A stretch of DNA of 64,000 nt from an uncultured Candidatus Saccharibacteria bacterium (GTDB taxonomy: Bacteria > Patescibacteriota > Minisyncoccia > Phycocordibacterales > UBA1550), in NCBI GenBank assembly GCA_964642305.1, contig CAZXOE010000003.1:33685-97684 (forward strand), in the 5' to 3' direction. The translations under genes and the position numbers were made by a program. This document shows positions 57,735-64,000 of the stretch, piece by piece (the stretch's first letter is position 1; each line of letters starts with the position of its first letter). The notes beneath the pieces are model-generated. The model was not told where the DNA came from. It did no database searches and was given only the letters and a program-made list of their open reading frames with translations.

Positions 57735-58163
57735 CTAAAGAACGATATTCTCCAAAAATTTGACTCGTGCCTTACGAGTTTTTATGTCAATTTCAACGGT
57801 AACTGCGTCAAAAACCCATTCTGGCTCCCCGTTTGCGTGTTTTTCAAACAAATATAACTGAATTACACGCGCTAGTCTCTTGAGTTTGTACGGGTGAAGA
57901 TTGTCTTCTGGACGATAACTGCTTGTTTCACGCGAAACATTCCTACTGTTTTCACTGCGTCCAAGACGTGAATTTGCTAATTCAGTAACACTTTTTACCT
58001 CAATAAAATGGGTAATTCCGTCCTTTTTAGCAATAATATCAATTTCCCCGCACTTTTTGAGGTAATTTCGCTCAATTATTGAAAAATCCTTATTTTCTAA
58101 GTATTTTACGGCAATATCCTCTCCCAAGCGTCCAATTTTCTGCTTTTCCGTAGGTTTTCCCAT
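57735..58163 (-). CDS. yraN: YraN-family (UPF0102) endonuclease-like protein carrying an in-frame copy of the 30-nt repeat
   Basis: GEIDIIAKKDGITHFIEVKS … YKLKRLARVIQLYL; extra segment TELANSRLGR encoded by repeat copy E. Confidence 0.65.
   Translation of the reverse strand: MGKPTEKQKIGRLGEDIAVKYLENKDFSIIERNYLKKCGEIDIIAKKDGITHFIEVKSVTELANSRLGRSENSRNVSRETSSYRPEDNLHPYKLKRLARVIQLYLFEKHANGEPEWVFDAVTVEIDIKTRKARVKFLENIVL
57958..57986 (+). repeat. 30-nt double-hairpin repeat, copy E (inside yraN CDS, in frame)
   Basis: cgtccaagacgtgaatttgctaattcag, identical to copy B. Confidence 0.6.
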
Positions 58164-58502
58164 TGATCTCTATTGTAACATTTAATATGTTTCGCGTGAA
58201 ACACCCAAATTTAGCCTATTTTTAGGCTAAAAAAGGTTAAATCGCGTGAAACCTATATATATTAAGGGTTTTCTGAGGTTATGACTACTGTCTTTTAGAG
58301 TCTGTGACTTTTTTACTAGCCAATTTTGTGTCCTTTATCAACACTGTCCACAGAGTTATCCACAGTTTTTGGTGTTTTCACCTTATTTTTCTGTTTCCAG
58401 CCGTTGACATAATGTGTCAAAGTAGTGTTTTCTGCGCGGAATGTCCTTTATAAGACGCATACTGCTCGTTTTGGTTAAGTACTTATCAAAAACCGAACAC
58501 CC

Positions 58503-59207
58503 GTGCTATACTTTAGAGATATGCGTAAGGACAAAGAGCAAGCAGTTAATCTGCGCAAGCTTGGCAAAAGCTACAAGGAAATTTCAAATGAATTGCGTAT
58601 TCCAAAAAGTACGCTGTCAGAATGGTTTGGCGGTTCAGTGTGGTCGCAAAAAATTAAAGAAAATCTTAACTGCGTTGCTCAGGCAAATAGCACTGTGCGA
58701 ATTATAGAACTCAACAATATTCGTGGAGAGCATCTTGAAAAACTTTATACACAGGCAAGGCTTGAAGCGTTGGAAGATTTTATGGCGCTCAAACACCACC
58801 CGACATTTGTTGCCGGAGTGATGCTGTATTGGGGTGAAGGGGATAAAGCGTCTCTACATCGAGTATCGCTGACAAACACAGACCCAGCAATGATTAAAAT
58901 CTTTATGATTTTTCTTAAAGAAGTCTGCGGGATTAGTGATGAGAAAATTAAAGTATGGCTTCTTTTATACCCAGATCTTCAGGAATCAGATTGCAAGGAA
59001 TATTGGGCAAGGGAAGCTGGTTTACAAAATATAACTTTTAATAAAAGTATTGTGATAGATGGTAGACACAAGACCAAGCGACTAGGGCATGGCGTCTGTA
59101 CTGTTGGTGTTTCTAGTAGATATTTTAAGGAAAAGATGTTATTGTGGATTTCACTATTCCCTGATATGCTTGCTGACGGGGGATTATACAAACAAACGCG
59201 GATATAA
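58503..59207 (+). CDS. HTH-domain protein with possible degenerate LAGLIDADG-like homing-endonuclease fold; 3' end overlaps tRNA-Gly(GCC) by ~10 nt
   Basis: N-terminal HTH LRKLGKSYKEISNELRIPKSTLSEWF; FVAGVMLYWGEGDKASL…LKEVCGI spacing resembles the I-CreI topology. Confidence 0.4.
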   Translation: MLYFRDMRKDKEQAVNLRKLGKSYKEISNELRIPKSTLSEWFGGSVWSQKIKENLNCVAQANSTVRIIELNNIRGEHLEKLYTQARLEALEDFMALKHHPTFVAGVMLYWGEGDKASLHRVSLTNTDPAMIKIFMIFLKEVCGISDEKIKVWLLLYPDLQESDCKEYWAREAGLQNITFNKSIVIDGRHKTKRLGHGVCTVGVSSRYFKEKMLLWISLFPDMLADGGLYKQTRI

Positions 59208-59268
59208 TTTAGTGGTAGAATTCCTCGTTGCCAACGAGAGAGTGGGAGTTCGATTCTCCCTATCCGCA
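59198..59268 (+). tRNA. tRNA-Gly (anticodon GCC), no encoded CCA
   Basis: Acceptor GCGGATA/TATCCGC, anticodon loop TTGCCAA, T-arm gggagTTCGATTctccc. Confidence 0.75.
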
Positions 59269-59270
59269 CA

Positions 59271-59490
59271 TTAACTACAGACCTATGCAACTACGTTGCA
59301 TAGGTCTGTAGTTAACTATTCTATGGTTAGGGAGAATCGAACAGGAGGGGGTCGGGGAACCTACGGTTCCCCGTGGAGGAAGGAATGGGAAAACCGTGGG
59401 TTTCCCAGGAGTGAGATAGCGGAGCGTCTCCCTATCCGCACATCACACAGAAAAACCTCAAGGATATCCTTGAGGTTTTTCTGTGTGATG
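59271..59490 (+). repeat. tRNA-3'-flank element downstream of tRNA-Gly(GCC)
   Basis: 21-bp perfect hairpin 59271-59315; antisense tagggagaatcgaac 59328-59342; direct repeat tctccctatccgcaca at 59427-59442 (cf. tRNA 59255-59270); terminal hairpin 59441-59490. Confidence 0.6.
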
Positions 59491-59655
59491 TGCCCCCGCC
59501 AGGATTCGGTCCCGAGTTTCTAGTTCGTTTCACTCACAAGAACTCGCGACCCCGGCTCGCTGTCGCGATGCGACATACTCCGCCTTTCGAATCCTGACAC
59601 AAGCCAAGCAGTTGGCTTGTTGCGGGGCACAAAAAATGCGCCCAACGATTTTTTG
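59489..59655 (-). repeat. tRNA-3'-flank element downstream of tRNA-Arg(UCG), same architecture
   Basis: +strand gcggggcaca (antisense of 3' end) at 59622-59631, hairpin acaagccaagcagttggcttgt, antisense T-arm-like cctttcgaatcctgac; direct copy of 21-nt 3' end at 59489-59510. Confidence 0.55.
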
Positions 59656-59726
59656 TGCCCCCGCCAGGATTCGAACCTGGAACACCGGTTTCGAAGACCG
59701 AGATGATATCCATTTCACCACAAGGG
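59656..59726 (-). tRNA. tRNA-Arg (anticodon UCG), probable; acceptor stem has two G-U pairs
   Basis: rc: GCCCTTG…CGGGGGC acceptor, D-stem GTGA/TCAT, anticodon loop CTTCGAA, T-arm ccaggTTCGAATcctgg. Confidence 0.55.
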
Positions 59727-59797
59727 CATTGTATGATGACTGTACAGCAAATATGGTCAAAAGGCAAAAAAAACTGTATGATTTCAGTACTTAGATA

Positions 59798-61270
59798 ATG
59801 ACAAAGATTGATTACAACGTTCCAGAGGAAGTTTCACGTGTAACCGAAACCTTGCGAGACGCAGGGTTTGAGGCGTATCTTGTTGGCGGATGCGTGCGTG
59901 ATATCTTGCAGGGAATTAAGCCAAAGGATTGGGACGCCACTACAAATGCAACTCCTGAGCAGATCCAGGCGCTATTTGAGAATTCTTTTTACGAAAATGA
60001 CTACGGAACGGTTGGTATTGTTAATGAAACAGAAGATGAAACATTAAAGGTTGTGGAGGTCACGCCATACCGCAGTGAAGGCGCATATACTGACAAACGC
60101 CGCCCAGACAGTGTTTCGTTTCACGGGAAACTAGATGAAGACCTAAAACGCCGTGATTTTACTATAAATGCTATTGCTTATGATGAATCTAAAGGACATC
60201 TAACGGACATTCATGGTGGTCTAAAGGACATAAAGGACAAAGTAATCCGTACAGTAGGTAATCCGGTAGAACGTTTCAATGAAGACGCTCTCCGTGTTCT
60301 TCGGGCTGTTCGCCTAGCAACTGATCTCGGTTTCACTATTGAAGCGGAGACACAGAATGCGGTAGTTGAGAAAGCAGGGGACCTGAAACACATCTCTATG
60401 GAACGCATCCGTGACGAATTCACAAAAATGATAATGACAAAAAATCCTATGGTAGGAATTGTGATGTGTCAGAAACTTGGTCTTCTAAAATATATTGCCC
60501 CGGACATTGAGAGGGGAATTGATGTTGAACAAAACGGCGATCACATTTACACAGTGTGGGAACACAACTTGCGCGCGCTTCAACACTCTGCAGATCGCGA
60601 GTGGCCTTTACACGTGCGACTCGCATCGCTCCTTCACGATGTTTCAAAACCAGAGACACGCAGATGGTCTGAAGAAAAAAATGATTGGACTTTTTATGGT
60701 CACGATGTAGTTGGCGGACGCGTTGCAAAAAAAGTTCTTGAACATCTGAAATATCCTAAAAAAATTGTTGAGGTTGTTTCTGCACTCGTACGTTACCACT
60801 TATTTTTTTCTGACATAGAGAAAATAACACTCTCTGCTGTGCGTCGCATTGTTAGAAACGTTGGGCCTGACAATGTGTGGGATTTGATGAAAGTTCGCGC
60901 CTGCGATCGCATTGGAATGGGCCGCCCAAAGGAAGCGCCATACCGTTTGCGCAAATATGAATCAATGATAGAAGAAGCCATGCGCGCGCCAGTGTCTGTG
61001 GGAATGCTCAAGATTGATGGGCAAAAAATAATGGAGGTTACACGTGAAACACCGGGACCAAAGTTAGGATTTATTCTCCACGCGCTTCTTGAAGAGGTGC
61101 TTGATGATCCAGAGAATAACACAGAAGAGTTTCTCGTGAAACGCACGCTTGAGCTTACGAAACTTCCGATTGATGAATTAAAGAAGCTCGGCGAGGAAGG
61201 GAAAGAGGCAAAGGAAGAGGAGGAAGAAAAAGAACTCGCAGAAATCCGCAAAAGACACGGGGTGAAGTAG
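59798..61270 (+). CDS. cca: CCA-adding enzyme / tRNA nucleotidyltransferase with HD domain
   Basis: Pol-beta head motif LVGGCVRD; HD domain HD…H; Glu/Lys-rich tail. Confidence 0.85.
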   Translation: MTKIDYNVPEEVSRVTETLRDAGFEAYLVGGCVRDILQGIKPKDWDATTNATPEQIQALFENSFYENDYGTVGIVNETEDETLKVVEVTPYRSEGAYTDKRRPDSVSFHGKLDEDLKRRDFTINAIAYDESKGHLTDIHGGLKDIKDKVIRTVGNPVERFNEDALRVLRAVRLATDLGFTIEAETQNAVVEKAGDLKHISMERIRDEFTKMIMTKNPMVGIVMCQKLGLLKYIAPDIERGIDVEQNGDHIYTVWEHNLRALQHSADREWPLHVRLASLLHDVSKPETRRWSEEKNDWTFYGHDVVGGRVAKKVLEHLKYPKKIVEVVSALVRYHLFFSDIEKITLSAVRRIVRNVGPDNVWDLMKVRACDRIGMGRPKEAPYRLRKYESMIEEAMRAPVSVGMLKIDGQKIMEVTRETPGPKLGFILHALLEEVLDDPENNTEEFLVKRTLELTKLPIDELKKLGEEGKEAKEEEEEKELAEIRKRHGVK

Positions 61271-61303
61271 GAAATTATTTGATTATTCTGTAAAATAGGA
61301 GTT

Positions 61304-61744
61304 ATGAATACAATCCAAATAGTCATAGTATCAATAGGCTCAATCGCGTTGTATGAGTTTTTTATAAAACCCTATCTCTGGAAAAGACGGATTACAAAAA
61401 TTGATAATTGGACAATTTCACAAGCAGATATGATTTCGGCCGCGGAGTGGGTTACCGCTGACAACGAGAAAAAGAGTGTTGAGTCCCTTTTGAGGGTGTA
61501 TCAGAACACTAACTTTGACAGACAACACACTGCTTTAAAATTTGAGGTTGCAAAGATGATGTATCTTTATGTGAATACAGTTTTTCGTATTTTGACACAA
61601 CACGGTATTCAAATGACTGCCATTGATAAGGATGATGCGAGCGGAACAGTAGAAAAATTAACTAGCCTTGAGAAACAGCGAGAACAACTAGAAGCTATAC
61701 TTAAAAATACCTTTGAATACGTAAAGGACTCGAATAACGAGTAG
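61304..61744 (+). CDS. Hypothetical membrane-anchored protein
   Basis: ORF, N-terminal TM. Confidence 0.4.
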   Translation: MNTIQIVIVSIGSIALYEFFIKPYLWKRRITKIDNWTISQADMISAAEWVTADNEKKSVESLLRVYQNTNFDRQHTALKFEVAKMMYLYVNTVFRILTQHGIQMTAIDKDDASGTVEKLTSLEKQREQLEAILKNTFEYVKDSNNE

Positions 61745-61854
61745 AAATAAAACGCAGTGTGAAATAAAGGATTAGCAAAAACTAGAAATCACCACAGGGT
61801 AGTGTTGTATCATACCAAAAGGTGGTATTTATCGTATCACCATGATATGATAAA

Positions 61855-62904
61855 ATGACTATTATGATACGATTATCCCAAATAACAGCCCAGTCTCAAA
61901 TACTTTACGCCATTTCGAGACACGGCCCAATAGGTACCACTGAGATAGAAAAAATCACCAAGGTGAGTGTTTCTCGTCCGACTCTTTCCCGTTATCTCCG
62001 AGAACTCTGCGATAACGGTCTTATCACCGCTTCCGGGCTTGGGCGTGCGGTTAAATACTCCATCACGCAAGGCGCGATTCGCTCGTACGATTTTGATCTT
62101 GCAGTTTATGAGACAAACGACACCGCAACAAGTAAAACTCTTTTCAATCACAACCTTTTTAATTCGTGCGAGCAGATTTTCACTGACGACGAAATAACAA
62201 AAATAAATGAATCCACTGAGAAGTATCGCCAATGGAAGGAAAAAACACCAGTAGAGTACCAAACGCTTGCATATGAAAGATGTGCAATAGAATTCTCGTG
62301 GAAATCATCAAAGATTGAAGGGAACACATACTCGCTTTTGGAAACTGAGGCTCTCATAAAAAACAAAACAGAAGCGACAGGCAAGCCCCATGAAGATGCC
62401 GTGATGATACTCAATCAGAAAAAAGTTTTTGATTTGATTATGAGTGGCGCTTTCGCTGACTTATTTTCTGTGCAAACACTTACCGACATCCACAAAATGC
62501 TCGTTGTTGACCTTGGTATCCCGCACGACCTACGCATTGCTCAAGTAGGCATCACCGGCACAAACTACATACCGCTTCAATTTCAATCACAGATACGAGA
62601 AGCACTTGAACGTCTCCTCGCACTCACACAAAAAACCAACGACCCGTTCGAGTCGGCACTAGTATTTCTTGCTGGTATTGCCTATATACAGCCATTTGCC
62701 GATGGCAACAAGCGCACCTCGCGGCACATGGCAAATGCAATACTGCACAAAAACAATATGCCCCCCGTCGCATGGAGGACCGTCAATGAAGTTGAGTACA
62801 AAAAATGCGTCATCGCATTCTACGAGCTTGGCAACATTCGACCACTCGCGCTCCTTTGGCTTAAAAATTATATTGAAACGACGGAGGCGTTTTTTGGCGC
62901 ATAG
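61855..62904 (+). CDS. Fic-family protein with N-terminal winged HTH and degenerate Fic motif (QPFADGNKRTSR)
   Basis: Fic core with catalytic His replaced by Gln and GNGR changed to GNKR. Confidence 0.65.
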   Translation: MTIMIRLSQITAQSQILYAISRHGPIGTTEIEKITKVSVSRPTLSRYLRELCDNGLITASGLGRAVKYSITQGAIRSYDFDLAVYETNDTATSKTLFNHNLFNSCEQIFTDDEITKINESTEKYRQWKEKTPVEYQTLAYERCAIEFSWKSSKIEGNTYSLLETEALIKNKTEATGKPHEDAVMILNQKKVFDLIMSGAFADLFSVQTLTDIHKMLVVDLGIPHDLRIAQVGITGTNYIPLQFQSQIREALERLLALTQKTNDPFESALVFLAGIAYIQPFADGNKRTSRHMANAILHKNNMPPVAWRTVNEVEYKKCVIAFYELGNIRPLALLWLKNYIETTEAFFGA

Positions 62905-62910
62905 CATTTT

Positions 62911-63447
62911 ATGAAACCACCGACAAAGAGAAAAATTCATATCGCAGATTACTCATCAGACTGGCCTGCACTTTTTGATGAGGAGAAGAAGCGAATACAA
63001 GAAGCCATCGGGGATGTGGAGATTGAGCACACAGGAAGCACCTCTATCCCTGGTCTTGGCGCGAAGCCGGTGATTGATATGATGGGAATCGTGCACAACA
63101 TAGACGATGCGCGCCAATTTGTAGAAAAAATGGAAACACTGGGATATAAATACACACCAAAACTTGAGACATTGATTCCTGATATAAAATTTTTCCAAAC
63201 AAGACCAGAGGCAAAAACTCAGTACCACATTTCCTTCACCGAAAAAGACAGCGACTTTTACGCACGCCAAATTCTTTTTCGCGATTATATGCGAAAACAC
63301 CCAGAGGCTATCCGTGAATACGCGAAAATCAAAAGAGAACTAGCAAAAGAGCATGTTGATAACTTTGAAACATACAATGCAGGCAAAACTGCCTTCATTC
63401 TTTCAATTATTGAGGCAGCGCGAAAGGAAAACGCTGGATTAAATTAG
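62911..63447 (+). CDS. GrpB-family (UPF0157) nucleotidyltransferase-fold protein
   Basis: GSTSIPGLGAKPVIDM signature. Confidence 0.7.
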   Translation: MKPPTKRKIHIADYSSDWPALFDEEKKRIQEAIGDVEIEHTGSTSIPGLGAKPVIDMMGIVHNIDDARQFVEKMETLGYKYTPKLETLIPDIKFFQTRPEAKTQYHISFTEKDSDFYARQILFRDYMRKHPEAIREYAKIKRELAKEHVDNFETYNAGKTAFILSIIEAARKENAGLN

Positions 63448-63460
63448 AAATAAAAAAAGG

Positions 63461-63484
63461 GAGGCGTGGTGCCTCCCTTTGGTT
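63461..63484. terminator. Bidirectional terminator
   Basis: aaagggaggc gtggt gcctcccttt. Confidence 0.7.
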
Positions 63485-63501
63485 GATGGTTAGAACATGA
63501 A

Positions 63502-63708
63502 CTAGTCTTTTGACGGCTCCTCTGTGCAGAGGAGGTGGATGATGGCGACATGCATCTTCTTATCGCCCTCCCAGCGGATGTCCACCAAAATCACCTCGTG
63601 TTCGGTCTCGTAGAGCAGGTCATTCAGATCTTCTTCGAGCCCGCCGACAAGAAGTGTGTTGCGGATGATTTTAATCTGGCGAAATTTACGACTGTAACCT
63701 GTAGACAT
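63502..63708 (-). CDS. Hypothetical small protein (68 aa) with good RBS (GAGGAG-N6-ATG)
   Basis: ORF + SD. Confidence 0.35.
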   Translation of the reverse strand: MSTGYSRKFRQIKIIRNTLLVGGLEEDLNDLLYETEHEVILVDIRWEGDKKMHVAIIHLLCTEEPSKD

Positions 63709-64000
63709 AATATCTCCTCAAGAATTTAAAAAGAACTCACAGAATCACAACGATTCCTTTTGAAACCCGCTTCGCTTGAAACGACCTTCAAAAGGAAGGC
63801 GAGTTTGGCATGTATTACACGCAGACACTCACCTCATACTGTTTTGACATTTGTCTCGGTGTCTGACCGGAGGGTTCTGCTACCCTTTGACTCTCCATTT
63901 TACGAATGGGGACAAACGAGAGGGTTCTGTTGCTACGTAACACACCTCCAACGCCTACTGCATACCCCTCTAACGTGGGGGCTTGATAGCTACGTACCCG

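Noticed and set aside
58330-58400. Calling a replication origin from the DnaA-box-like cluster
   Set aside because: There are only two or three degenerate boxes, no dnaA/dnaN nearby, and the same TGTGGATAA word recurs in ordinary promoter regions.
59530-59794. ORFs 59530-59760, 59534-59767 and 59612-59794
   Set aside because: The region folds as tRNA-Arg(UCG) plus its flank element. They are non-coding.

Overview
The window reads as a small, AT-rich, CPR/Patescibacteria-like bacterial genome segment. The evidence is: no rpmD (L30) between rpsE and rplO, a Zn-ribbon S14, very sparse Shine-Dalgarno usage, and a type-IV-pilus plus ComEC DNA-uptake locus.

The minus strand carries a nearly complete S10-spc ribosomal-protein cluster (secY' – rplO … rpsJ), then tuf and rpsL-rpsG-fusA. 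The cluster is interrupted three times:
- Between rpsZ and rplE, a 2.4-kb insert with a 2H phosphoesterase and repeats.
- Between rpsS and rplB, a 3.6-kb cassette of four secreted or membrane proteins with their own promoters and terminators.
- Between fusA and tuf, a response regulator and a multi-pass membrane protein.

Other genes include site-2 protease, rpmB, a split comEC with an intervening dedA, RNase HI-HBD/recJ, HIT, MFS, pgk-tpiA, and a T4P locus (PilX-like, three pilin-like genes, pilC, pilB). Further along are nusA, ppa, a PPIase-less trigger factor, a DUF3800-like gene, a dinJ-yafQ-rsmE-hypothetical operon, clpP, rny, hup, a two-component module (NIT sensor, HK, dual-REC RR), yraN, cca, a degenerate Fic, and GrpB. 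Four tRNAs are present: Gly-UCC, Pro-UGG, Gly-GCC and Arg-UCG.

Several repeat families are not explained by the genes:
1. Five ~120–150-bp palindromic elements with GGTGTGGGGGT-containing termini that resemble a local promoter consensus.
2. A ~30-nt double-hairpin repeat with compensatory stem changes, including an in-frame copy inside yraN.
3. A modular ~150-nt element present in two copies.
4. Structured inverted repeats that fill the ribosomal-protein intergenic spacers and carry AGGAG/CTCCTT words.
5. A conserved ~100-nt leader shared by rpmB and nusA.
6. At three tRNA genes, a recurring downstream unit: terminator hairpin, antisense copy of the tRNA 3' half split by a small hairpin, spacer, then a direct copy of the tRNA 3' end.

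Non-ORF coordinates are approximate (±2 nt).
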